From: Epiperipatus broadwayi
Lineage: Eukaryota > Animalia > Onychophora
Length of the DNA stretch: 64,000 bases
Reading direction: 5' to 3'
NCBI GenBank assembly: GCA_028023455.1
Contig: JAQFVV010000008.1
Location: forward strand, 16,368,001-16,432,000
In this document: positions 1 to 12,139 of the stretch, piece by piece
Layout of the letters: each line of letters begins with the position of its first letter
How positions within the stretch are numbered: the stretch's first letter is position 1
Program-made: the position numbers and the translations under genes
Notes under the pieces: generated by a model
Database searches by the model: none
What the model was told of the DNA's origin: nothing
Seen by the model: only the letters and a program-made list of their open reading frames with translations

Positions 1-900
1 TATTATGATAATATTACTTATTTTATACTAGCCAGTTTTTGGCATTTCATATTTAGATTTATCAAAAGACTTGTGTTATTTTTAGATCTTTTTTCATTTT
101 TTTGCAATTAGCCAACTTTCTGACATTTCACTTTAATGTTCCTGGTTGCTTAATCTTACTCAAAATTTTCTCTGATTTATATTTAATTACTTTTTTCCTT
201 CTATCTATAGTTTATCTGGTTTATCATCAATAAGCTTAAAATCATAAATCAATTTCTGATATTATTCGTAAACATAAGTATATTTTCTAGATTATGTTTA
301 GAACATTAAACAAATTTGTGGGTATTTTCAGTTATGCCAATTTTTATACAACTTATGATTTTATTCACAAACAAATGCTGGCCATAATTTCACTATTAAA
401 ACTGAAGTCTTCCATATTAAGTTCCAAGAATATAATCTGCTTGATTACTATTAATTCTGTTCAATGAAATCTGTGTGTGAAGATAATGCTTTGCCTTCTT
501 AAGAAATGTTTTGATAATGAAAGATTAATTAATTTTTCTGATAGTATGCCTACATTTATTAAATAACTTAAATTTCCATTTACAATTTTGACATTTTGTC
601 CATTGAACACAAGAAATAATAGTGTAATTCCAAGTTTTTTTAATGTCTGCATGAACCTGATTAAAAGGCTTTTCAATTTCTTCTTCACTTGTTTGATTTG
701 GTTGAAGATATAATAGTTATACTTAATGAATGTCCACAAAATTGAAATGCTATGAATTGATCATTCCACAAGATGATATCCAATGATAGATCTTGCAATA
801 TACTTTCTGAAAATCATTTTTATTATCTAATGCTAAATAGTAGACTATGTGTTCTCTTGATATGAAGTCTATATAGTTTACATACATTGTTAATTATTAA
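1..900 (-). mobile_element. Heavily decayed RTE-like LINE fragment (APE endonuclease region)
   Basis: Minus-strand translation across frameshifts gives YLQPNQTSEEEIEK and NRINSNQADYIL, resembling the YAPT..EEE and NQIDYIL motifs of RTE endonucleases. Many stops; boundaries approximate. Confidence 0.4.
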
Positions 901-2336
901 GATTTCCATTTGTAATTAATTTCTATCTTCCCTATACATTACACATTATCCCATATATTAGAGATTTTTTTGCAGTTTTATTATTTCCTTTCCAAAAAGC
1001 ATTGACAGCCATTATATATCGAAAAGTCTTTATTCTAATTATACAATTCAAAAGAATTTGGAAATATTGCAAATTTTTTCTTATTAGAAGTGCTTCTGAA
1101 GACAACTATTCTCCAATAATTTAATAGTTTTTTGTGCCTATTTATAAAATTATGATATATGAAATAATTTCTGACTGCTTTCTTTAATGCAATTTGAAAT
1201 AATTTTTAGCTGATTATACAATGACAATCTATTTTATCTAATATCATCATATATTGCTCTTCCCAATGTAGATTTTAGTAATAGGTCAATAAGAAAAAAA
1301 AAATGAAACTAAGAGAAATGAATTAGAAATTAAAATTTTTTTTACAAAAGATCATTTTTAAAAGGTAATTATAGGAGGAGATACTAAAAAGATAAAATGA
1401 CTAAAACAGCTATCAAACCTATAAGCATTAGTTATTGAGCCATGAGAAATATATATATTGTGACAAAATGATTAGTGTCTTTCACATATGGACATATTTT
1501 AATAAATAAAATTTTAAGTTATAAACATAAATGGGCATGTTTTTATTGCAAAAGCTATTAAAATACATTATTGAAAAGTAATATATATGGTAAACTAAAA
1601 ATTAAATTTTGCTGAGAATTGACTAGTCATTTATTGATTAATTATAAAACCATTATTAATATTAGAAGTATAAAATACTTCTAGTATTTGGTAGAATTAT
1701 ATTCTACATGAGAATAAATTAAGTCATTCCAAATTTTATAATGTTTTTAAATCTATAAAATTAAAAAACTGGATTGGAATGTTTAAGAAAGAGAATGATT
1801 TTTAGTTTAGATTACATTTATATGGCTTTTTTTAAAACCCCATTAAAACTGGTTATAAATTGTTCTTGGAATGTAGGAAACAATAAAGAAAGAAAAATAT
1901 TTTTAATAAATAATAAATTTTGTAGTGTTTTGTAAAATGGCAGACATGTTTGTACACTCCAGAAAAAAACTAGAATTTATTCGTAAGGCTGTTTTTAGAT
2001 CGCGCTCTGATAGCTGAGAAATTTAATTAGTGCATTGACGTAATGGCGATCGACAATTACTAGAAATATTTGCTAATTACAAATGTTTCTAGATAAGAGA
2101 CGTTACCTTATTGGTCAGTGCATTGATTGATCGTTGCAGTTGTCAGAGAGCAATAAGAAGACTGGGTAACATCTAGCAGTGTAACATAGAGAGCAGTCAA
2201 GCAGTATTGAGTAAGCGGTAATTAAGTAGGGATATCTCGCGTCAGTGCTGGCGGTTAATGATCAGCGCCCAGTGGAAATGTAGTTCACAGGTGTAGCTCA
2301 AAGAGACCGCAGCAGAGATATTGAGAGCAATTCTTT

Positions 2337-2548
2337 GGAGAGCTTCGTTGCAGACCAATTCGTTTGGAGAGCTTCGTGGCAGACCAATTCGTTGGAGAGC
2401 ATTTGTTGCAGACCAATTCAGCGGAGAGATTGCAGACCAATTCGTTGGAGAGCTTCATTGCAGACCAATTCGTTGGAGAGCATTCATTGCAGACCAATTC
2501 GTTGGAGAGCTTCGTTGCAGACCGATTCGTTGGAGAGCACTCGTTGGA
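2337..2548. repeat. CpG-containing 28-bp minisatellite, about 7.5 copies (GGAGAGCTTCGTTGCAGACCAATTCGTT)
   Basis: Units read directly. The overlapping ORFs on both strands only reflect the repeat. Confidence 0.95.
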
Positions 2549-5500
2549 AAAGAAGAGCATGGGAATTGTATAATGTTATTGGCTGACTGCACAGTATGAC
2601 TTGCAGATATAACATTGGCACAGTTGTAAGTGCGGATTTAACAAATTTATTTTTCTATGAATAGAAAAAATGTCTTCTAATTAATGTAGTTGCAATTATT
2701 GGATTAGTGCAGATGCACTTAATTAGATAATTGTGATTTTAATGTTTGGTTTTATTGATGTCATAAGATGAAAATTATTTAAAAGAGGATTAAAATTATT
2801 GGAAATCATTGGCAATCCAGTTATCATAATTCATGCAGACTGTGTCATTAAAAAGGATCCATTAGCCAAAAATTATATCTGACTGTTCATGAAATAGCAG
2901 GTGTCAAGTAGAAGATTCTGATAATCTATGCAAAGACAGAGTTATATATCAACATATTATAGAAAAACTTCACTGTGTTGTGATAGCCTTCAAGATGAGC
3001 ATCTAATTTCCCATTGTTCCTACTGTGGCCAATCTTACAAAGTGTGTCTCCAGTTTTTTAAACTTGTCTGTCTCTTTTATGTTAAGACCAACCAAATATT
3101 AAAGACGTGACTGCCAAAATGTAAAAATAAAAATGAAAAACAATTGCTATTATCCAAAAAAAAAGTCACAAATAAAGAAAAAATTAATTATCATTAATAA
3201 GATTTATCATATTTGATAGTCCAGAATATTCACTTCAAGCTACCTGGATATACTAAAAGTTTTCTACAAAAGTTAAGTCAAATGCAAATCCATTTAGAAA
3301 TAGAATTCACTCTAAAATCTACCTAAGTGAGAACCTTTTTATTATTCATTAATCCTGTATGAATATTTTTTTCTTTGACCAATAATTTTTTTTAAATTTC
3401 AAATTGTTATAATTATTATTGTTTATTGAAGCAGTCTATGTGTATGCACACACAGAGCTTCATGATATTTATTTAAAGGTAATATAAACCTAGAGTGATA
3501 GATCAAATAGCTAATTCTTTACCCTCATTAACAAAATTATATAGGCAGGTGTGTGTATGATTGAATGATGGTACACGTATATATATTGTTATCATTAAAA
3601 TACATTTTTTAGTTATATATTTGGAAAAGAAAATGTATTTTTTTTGTTTGTTTTGTATGTTTTTCTAAAAAAAGAAATGGAAAAATTAAGTTGACTTATT
3701 TTTTTTTTGCAATTAACAGATTTTACTAATTGATAGCTAAACATTCATCTAAAAGCAAGAATTTTTATGCAAGAATTTTTATGTCTTTTATGAAACATTT
3801 GAAAAAATACAGTTCCATTGGGACACAAATTATTTCTTGTCATTGGGGGCAATTAAGTTTTCTACCCTTATTTTAATCTTGATAAGGTTTTGCAGATTAG
3901 TAAATTAAGAATTAGTCAACTGGTATATTGTCTTTCCCAGCAAAAGTTGAATCTGGGGAATTAATTAAAATATTTTTTTTAAAAAATAAGAAGAGTAAAG
4001 AAAAACTCTAGACATAATAGCTGGAGGGATAGCTAAGTATGATTTTTTGGTTTTGCTGAGTAAGATTTTTTTTTAGATTTGAGAGGCTTATAAATACTGG
4101 GTTATATTTCACTTTTGGGACTCTATCTAATGTACCATTGAATGTAAGCAGATGTCACGTATCACCATGGTTTTAGAATAGAACAAGTTTAGCCTTCCTT
4201 TCAGATCTCCAGAGGAAGGGAGTGCATCTTTGGTGTGGAGAAACCTATCGATTCCATGATGCTACTGCAATGAATGGGAGAATGTACCAGCTTCAAATCC
4301 AGTCCTTTCCTGTGTCCAGTAAACCAAGAGCCTGCCAGAAATAAGTTTTAACTTGTAAGAAGACAGTTGTACCATCCTGCCTCACCAAAGTAATCATCAA
4401 ACAACTTCTATTGTAAATATGAACTTTTAATCTTTAAAGATAAAATATTTAAAATGCCTTCTATAAAAACTCTATAATATCTAAATTTAAATTCCTCAGA
4501 TTCATAACTACTCGGTAAAGAGACTTGATCCCAAAGGAAGATGTAATTTAAAAAAGACACACACACACCCATATATATATATGAGGGTAGTAACTCTTTT
4601 ATAACAAGTCAGTCTATGACAGAACTTAATTTCTAATTGTTAATGGTATAAAATTCTATAAACTTTATAAATACAATTTTTTATTATTTATTTTGAAATA
4701 TGCCATGTATTTTTTTCTTTAGTTATAAAAATATATACTTTATTGATTAACTTTATCTATATTATATTGGTATGCCAACTCACAAGTATTTGGAGATATT
4801 TTAATATTTAATCAATTAATGCATAAAGTGTTTGTTTTGTCTCAAATCTTTAGAGTGGGGAGTAAATAATTATTTTATAACTTTAAAGTAACAAACATAA
4901 GCTTCAATTTCTTAAATCATTTGTCCAAATCCTTGTTAGTTAAAATGTTGTCATTTGTTTGTTTAAAAAAAAGAGAAAATCAAATATCTGAATTAAAACT
5001 TGCAATCTACTTGTATATATAATCAAACCAATACCTCGTTAAGAAAATTAAGAATAAATGAATGCTAAAATCATTATTTAAGTCAACACATATTTAGTTT
5101 ATATTTGGGTGAAATTCTTTATAATTAAATGAAATAATATATATGTGTGTTTATGTGTTAAAAGAAATAATCATGCTTTTCTTAAAATATAAAACGGGAA
5201 ATATTATTTATTATGAAAGTATGTGTTCATCCCGCTATATCTATTTAATGATGCATATATTTAGAGGAAAAGTAATGTCTCAGCAGGCATATCTTATTGC
5301 CTCCTTATCGATTTACTATGATAATTCGTAATTAAGCTTTATATTTAAGCTCATGGGCATTTTATAGCCTATAAAATATGGTTATCTTGATTTTCACATT
5401 ATTACTTGTTTTATTAAATTTTAAATACAGGCTTAAATATCTATCCAAATATGAGTCAGTGCCTTTTTGGCAAGTATATCAGTGTTAAATTGGTAGAATA

Positions 5501-6058
5501 ATCTGTGCCTACATACTTACAATAAATGAATATGTCGAGTAATGCTATGCGAGCTGCCAGATGGATATTTTACTGGTAGTGGAGATAACCATGTTTTTGA
5601 GCCGATAAATGGGTACTCTATGACGATAGTGATTCATAACTCACACGCCATTGTCCTGCACGTGCCACGCCGACCGGCAGACGCCTTCAGAGGAACATAT
5701 CTATATATTTTATTACTCAATAATGCCTATCCAGTCAATGCCTATAATAATGTAGTCAACACAGAATTTCAAACCCAGATACCACTGTCTAGGTTTATTA
5801 ATCATGCCTGTTAGTAGTGTTGTGTGGGATAGATAAACCATGTCTCTAATGTAATTGTTAATAATAAAGAAAGCTAGAATTATGCTTTGTTCCACAACTC
5901 CTGGGATTAATAAAATAAATATAATAATAATAAAATACTTAACTTCCCCTATATATAAAGGCAAAACTCTCCATACAGTAGTGCCACCCTGTGCCAAACA
6001 GAGTAATCAATGGATGCCAGAAGGCTTGTGCATAAAATCCCTATCTAGTGCTTACTCA

Positions 6059-6115
6059 TCCAATATCCCCAGACTAGTTTCTGGCTTGTGGCCATCATCA
6101 GTGAGGAGCCTTGGA
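6059..6115 (-). ncRNA. Minimal type I hammerhead ribozyme (minus-strand copy, identical to 6152-6208)
   Basis: Reverse complement is identical to the plus-strand motif; predicted cleavage between 6072 and 6071. Confidence 0.88.
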
Positions 6116-6151
6116 TCTGAGAGCACTGCACCTAGATCTTGTGCTCTCAGA

Positions 6152-6208
6152 TCCAAGGCTCCTCACTGATGATGGCCACAAGCCAGAAACTAGTCTGGGG
6201 ATATTGGA
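6152..6208 (+). ncRNA. Minimal type I hammerhead ribozyme, intact core
   Basis: UCCAA-GGC-UCCUCA / CUGAUGA / UGGC-CACAA-GCCA / GAAA-C-UA-G-UC / UGGGGA-UA-UUGGA. Stem I (6 bp plus 5 bp), stem II (4 bp) and both core boxes are present; stem III is the palindrome ACUAGU; GUC cleavage site after 6195. Confidence 0.88.
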
Positions 6209-6501
6209 TGAGTAGGCACTAGATAGAGATTTTATGCACAAGCCTTCTGGCATCCATTGATTACTCTGTTTGGCACAGGGTGGCACTACTGTATGGAGTT
6301 TTGCCTTTGTTTACAATTATGTGCTAGTATAGAGATGGTGATCATGTGATGTTTAATGGTTCCCCTATATATGTAAACACACAATTTTTTTTATTATATA
6401 TATGTATTTCTGGCCTCTAACTTAATAATATATAACCAGGTATTGAGTCAACTCTTGACAATTGGCATATTAATTTTATAATGGCATATTTTTTTGATCA
6501 A

Positions 6502-7030
6502 ATTAACTTCTAATTTATTTGTAATGCTCATATATGTATCATACTGATATCTAAAAATTGTTGTTATTATTAACTTCTAGTTCATTTGTAATGTTCATAC
6601 ACATATCATACTGATACACAAATGTTGTTATCATTATTAACATATAGGTTTTTTTTGTAATGCTCATGCATGTATAACACTGATATCTAAACATTGTTGT
6701 TATTATTAACTTCTAGTTCATTTGTAATGCTCATACCCATATCATACTGGTACATAAATGTTATCATTATTAAAACACAGTTCCTTTGTAATGTTCATAC
6801 AGTATCATACTGATATCTAAACATTGTTTTATTATTATTAACACAGTTTCTTTGTAATGCTCATACACGTGTCATACTGATACACAAATGTTGTTGTTAT
6901 TATTAACACAGTACTTTGTATGCTGCTCATTCATGTATCATACTGATATTTACAGGTTGTTGTGATTATTAATTTCTACTTCATTTGTAATGCTTAAAAG
7001 TATCATAATGAGATCCAAATATTATCATTG
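6502..7030. repeat. About 66-bp minisatellite, about 8 diverged copies
   Basis: Recurring ATTAAC..TTTGTAATGCTCATAC..TATCATACTGATA..TGTTGTTATT. Confidence 0.9.
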
Positions 7031-8500
7031 TTATTCTATATATTATTGAATTTGTTGATAATAAATTATGTATATTTATGTTATGCATTTGTCATGTCTT
7101 TCCCTGGTTAACTACATCCACCCAACTATAGCCACACTTAGTTAAGTGATCTATGACTCTATTCAAAACCCCTGAAATATTAAAAAATGGTATTCTAAGC
7201 ATTGGCAAAGTATTAGGTTCTTGTGGGAGCTGGTGAGTATCTTACATTAATTTAGTAATTCTAATTCATGACTGAGACTGAGTTTGAATCCGTAGAGTCC
7301 TTGTTTTAACCTGACCACCGGGACCAAAAGAAAATGATTACAATTAGTAGCATCAAAAGTGTTGAGCGGATAGTGGAGATTTTTGGAGCATTGGCAAATA
7401 GATTAAAGCTTAGTACTGTTCTGTGACTACCATGTCCCTAATATGCTGGGTTTGAAGTACTTTTGCTAGGTCTCTGAATCTTGTTGGCTGAACACATGCT
7501 TCTGACCGTTACATTATGCTATTAAATATTTATTATTTAGCATTTAATATTTATTAATATTTGTATAATAATGTTTATTTTTAACTTCATCTTCTTCATA
7601 AAAGGAAAATACTCACTTTTTTCCTCCTATGTATAATTTTATTTATTAAATTGATTATTTTGTTAACCTTTAACATTTTCTTTCAGTATTTGTTCTCAAT
7701 TCTATTCCTTTATACTTGAGAAGTCTGCTTTGGCAAGGAAATCATTGTACAGTCTTGTTTAATTTTGAATTTCAAGTAATTTTAGTTATTGTTTGAGTTA
7801 TAGAATAATGGGCAATGTGTGTGATCATTAAGGTTTAAGTTTTGTTGTTGTTGTAATCAATTAGCATATGACAATAAATTACTATCCTAGAAAAACTAAC
7901 ATTATGGATAATAATGATTGGAATTCTAAATGGATGGTCTGATGGTTATGGCCCTGTAATTTAATTTTATAGCTGTGTCTAAATAATATCTTTAACTAAT
8001 AAAAACAAGCCATCATCATGGCATTACTCTTACAAAAATTTGTACAGCTGAGTGGTTCTGTTATATTTCGAACCTTGTTTAAACAAGGTTCTGATTATAT
8101 CTAAAAAAACCTCCCCCATTTTGTACAATTACAATATATATTGTATTGAGAATAGTCCTGCAAATTCATCTGAGAAATAGTTTTGAAAAAAAAAAAAAAT
8201 TTGCAAAATATATCTTATTTCTTAAACTGATTAATTTGTCTACTATGTGATATCTCTTCTTTATATTATATTGTGCATTTATTTCCCCTAGGTATTTATT
8301 TCAATTCTCAGAATACAAAAGTGAGGTATGGTGCATAGATCATGCAAGCATATAATGCAAGAACAGAATAAGAATGCTCCCATGAATAAACAAAAACAAC
8401 AAATATATTTATTATTATAATTAGTTAAACATGCAATTAATAATAATACAAATATGGATAACATATACATATGTAAATATTAGTTAATGTATACTAATTT

Positions 8501-8960
8501 AAATGGAAATAACTTCACCTCCAGGACTATGCATAAACAATATTCATACATCAATAAATTTAAAGAATATAAGGGATCACTTACTCTTTAAATTTATGAT
8601 GGTTTTAATCATTCAATTATTGACATTATTGAAAATAGAGCATGATATTTGTACATTGGTCTGATTTAAATATTTCTAAAACTACAAATTAATATTTAGA
8701 GAATGGAGATGGAATTTTACTTAACAATGATAATCAGGGTTTTTTTTTTTTGAAAAAATATTCAATTGTAATTTCAAAAAGATTTATACCATATTTAAAT
8801 CAGAATAATATATAAATATCAGGTCCTATTTCTAACAATGTTATTAAATGAATGCTTAAAACCATCATAAAAAGAATAAGTGATCCACTCTATTCTTTAT
8901 ATTTATTGATATATGAGAACTGTCTATACATAGCCCCTGGAGGTATAATTCCTTCCATTT
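8501..8960. repeat. Diverged palindromic (foldback/MITE-like) element with about 170-bp arms
   Basis: Left CACCTCCAGGACTATG..GGATCACTTA..ATGATGGTTTTAA matches the reverse complement of right TTAAAACCATCAT..TAAGTGATCC..CATAGCCCCTGGAGGT. Confidence 0.8.
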
Positions 8961-10479
8961 ATTCCATACTCAAACATATACCCTTTTCTTTAATATAAAA
9001 AACTTAATATTCTAAATCTAATTCAGATTAAGTTACTTCTGTTATATATGTTTAAATCAAATCAATTTTTATACATTATTTTAAATAAAGTTTGTCAATT
9101 TATTATAATATAAAATATTAATAACTTGAACAAAAATAATAATTATATTAAAATTAGAAGACAATTCCAAATTATTGATATGATAATTAAATATTAGATC
9201 TTTTAAAATAATAAAATCTTTTATGAAAAATATATGCTCAAATAGAATTTTTTCTGCAGAAAATATGCACACATTTCTACACATATCTATTATACCAAAC
9301 AGCGTGCACCTAATACCCTTCAACAGAGAGTACCACTAGACCTCTTGCCTACAATATTTATAATTTGTTGATATGGATATTCATTACAAGTGCCTACTAC
9401 AGCTGTTTCATCGTATATAAATCAATTATTGCCATTAAATCATGAAGAGCAGAGATTCTTGTCTAAATAAACAATTGGCAGGGCAGACAACAGTAAACAT
9501 GACACCAAATAAATGTAACAATTAACAACAATATTTATTAATAATGAAATAATAATATAATAAAATACTTACATCAATGGTAGGGTTTATATTAGAATTG
9601 GCTCAAATGTAGAGTAAATTTGATTAAAACCCCTTTTTAAAAGTAGCTAATATATTCGATAGTTGATTGACTATTATCCTTTTATTCTTCCCCTCAAACT
9701 AACTTTTAGTTCATTAAAATAATTGAAATGTCAATATAATTGAACTTTACATATACTTGACAACTTCAAATGTGCAATACATATTCTTGCTATAATATTA
9801 ATCTCTAATTAACCATCAGCAGATTTTATTACTAGACAAGCTCACACATGCTGATTTTACTAAGATCCCAAGCATGAAAAGAAACATATAATGAACAATT
9901 ATAAAGGTCCATAAATAACCTGTGTTAAATAAAAGTGAAATATATATATATGAATGCGTGAGAAGATTTACTACACTTGACCCAATGCAAAAACAATAAG
10001 GACCACAAATTTCAAACAGTAAATAAACATGGATTAAAACAGATAAAAATATATAAATGAGCATGTGCAAAAACTTTGCTGAAACCAATGCCAAATATCA
10101 AAATCTGCCTCTGAAGAGCAGTAAGCATAGAAATAAACAGAGGGCTGACTAAATAAATAATCTTCTGCATAGTATATATAAATGATCATTTGATATACAC
10201 ATGTACACATACAAGCAAAACTCTTATTTTGCTTTCAGCTGCGCGTGATATAAAAAAAAAAAATTGCTGATACTTTAAACAATTTAATACTTAAATTATT
10301 ATACACATATCTACATATGTCAAGTAAGAAATGAATACATCAAATTCTAAGGAATAATTAATTAAAACATATACTAAAAAGATTTTAATCTAGATTTCTT
10401 TTTTTATAAACTTACAAAATCCTTTCTTTCTACAAAGTAAAGAAAATCTAGATGGTTTAAAACAATTATGAAATTGGAG

Positions 10480-11950
10480 TGAGAGAATCTTGTTCTAGGA
10501 TTCTTTTAAATAACTTTCTGTAGGCTTCGGGGAATACATGATCAAGTCATCTTTCAAATTTGTTGGGGAAAATTAGTAGAATTGGAGTTGACCTTGACTT
10601 TGAAATCACAGCATTGGATGTAAAAGAATTATATGGATCAGTAGACAGGAAGTGTTCAATAGATATAGTTGGCAAAGAATTATTAAGGAATCATTGCACA
10701 GCTAGACATATGAATTTTATATTGGTCTTCCTAGCTTGGCTGGATGACCACATTTTCACGGTTTTTGAAGGGAAATGGTATGGCATAAAAATGGTTGGCC
10801 TATGGGTCTCCCATTAGGGGAATTATTTTGAGTATTTTCTTGAACTACTTTAAAAACAAATTGGGCCTAAATACCATGCTAAAAACTCTGGACTTATATA
10901 CACTTGATACGTGGTTGACATGTTTGTGCAGCCTAAGAGATTCACAAGCATTCAAAATGATTTGCAGCTAATGATAAAATTAACACTTAATACTACATGA
11001 GAGAATGAAGTGCAAAAATTGAAATATCTAGATTTGCTAATACAAAGAGAAGCAGTATGTCTTTATCAAATGACTGTCAAACCACATGAAGTCAGAGGCT
11101 ACACATACCCAAGCTCTATCTCACCTAACTTGCACAAGTTTGCACGTCTTAATGCATTTTTTATACAGAAATCAATACTTGTGTACATTTAAAACAGATA
11201 AGAAGGCCAACATTTCAAGTGACATCAAAGATCTATTGAATGTGGGCTTCAAATATAGAATATTTAAGAAATAGCGCATTATTGGAGATTGATTTCTATT
11301 TGAATAAGAATAATAATCAAAAAAATTGAACAATTTCATTAAAGATTAACTGCTAGCTATGAAACAAAAAACAAATCACAAATAACACTTCCATACATCC
11401 CTAAAGTGATTAAACAATTTGTAAAAACTCGGTCAAAAGAATTTAGGGTTGCTTCCGCATACCCCTACCACAAATAGATTAATCAATAACTACAAAGACA
11501 AAATTGATCCTAGCTTGACACCTCAAATGGTGACAAAGATCTCATGCCTGCAGGCAGGCTGCAGCATCACATATTATGGAGAAACGAAAGCCAATGTTAA
11601 TAAAAGAGCTACCCAGCATATGTACACATACAAGAGAGCTCAAAATAATGGCAAAAACACTTCAATATTCTTGGAACACGCCGATCACAAGTTCGAACCC
11701 TCCACCTTGAGATCGTGTGTATCGAGAGAAATGACTGCAAAAGAAAAATAAAGGAGGCATACTTCATCATAAATGATCACATGTTTCTTTATTTCTAAGA
11801 AGTGGACAAGCTGATGGATCTGTATATATTAAAAATTGTTTTACATATGAAGATTAATTTGCATATATTAGCATACATCAACACCACCATAATGTTTCTA
11901 ACTCTTTGGCTATGAATATGAGGTTGAAAGACCTCAAAAGCTCTAAGCCT
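10480..11950 (+). mobile_element. Decayed Penelope-like element 1 (RT, thumb, GIY-YIG endonuclease)
   Basis: ALDVKELYGSV, FEGKWYG, YVVDMF (YVDD-like), KLKYLDLLI and KISCLQAGCSITYYGET..KRATQH occur in PLE order, with frameshifts and stops. Confidence 0.85.
11908..11949 (+). ncRNA. Degenerate hammerhead motif at the 3' end of PLE 1
   Basis: GGCT..ATGAATA T GAGG-TTGAAAGA-CCTC AAAA GC TC TAAGCC. Stem II is perfect and stem III is the palindrome AGCU, but both core boxes are mutated. Confidence 0.5.
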
Positions 11951-12139
11951 GATATTTAACTTTGATATTTCTAACTTCACCAACGAGCATTCAAAGCACG
12001 ATATAATTACTTTAAGAGGAAATTAAAATAATTCTAGAAACTATTGCAGGTTTATTATTTTAATTATCAACTATCATATTTTTTTTAAAAGAAATAAAAG
12101 GGTTTAGCTAAAACATACACAATTATAATATAATATAGA

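Larger units (their letters stand above)
5957..6308. repeat. Long near-perfect inverted repeat (about 170-bp arms, 14-nt spacer), HHR-bearing palindrome family 1
   Basis: 5957-6126 is the reverse complement of 6141-6308 with 2 substitutions and one 2-bp indel; spacer TGCACCTAGATCTT. Confidence 0.97.

Noticed and set aside
2337-2548. CRISPR-like array
   Set aside because: Units are contiguous with no unique spacers, there are no cas genes, and the context is eukaryotic.
4200-4400. GC-richer island; possible DIRS-like RT remnant (GSWFT..DLK..H.PIH) or an exon
   Set aside because: The motif match is weak and every frame stops early; cannot be assigned.
5855-6286. Mirror ORFs of 104 and 62 aa on opposite strands
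   Set aside because: They are the two arms of the palindrome; there is no coding evidence.
7190-7480. tRNA-derived SINE or tRNA gene (GTTTGAATCC B-box-like)
   Set aside because: No cloverleaf can be drawn and the boxes are too degenerate.
8070-8091. 22-bp perfect palindrome GAACCTTGTTTAAACAAGGTTC
   Set aside because: Real but isolated, with no supporting context.
8288-8470. Short hydrophobic ORFs here and elsewhere in the ORF track
   Set aside because: Expected by chance in T-rich DNA or antisense to A-rich LINEs; no splice or motif support.
9250-9520. GIRCTLFGI as a Tudor-like exon, or a piggyBac remnant
   Set aside because: No phase-compatible splice pair was found, and the transposase resemblance is too degenerate.
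10105-10146. CTGAAGA..GAAA hammerhead candidate upstream of PLE 1
   Set aside because: Stem II is only 2 bp, there is no UH site in the right place, and stem I overlaps the core.
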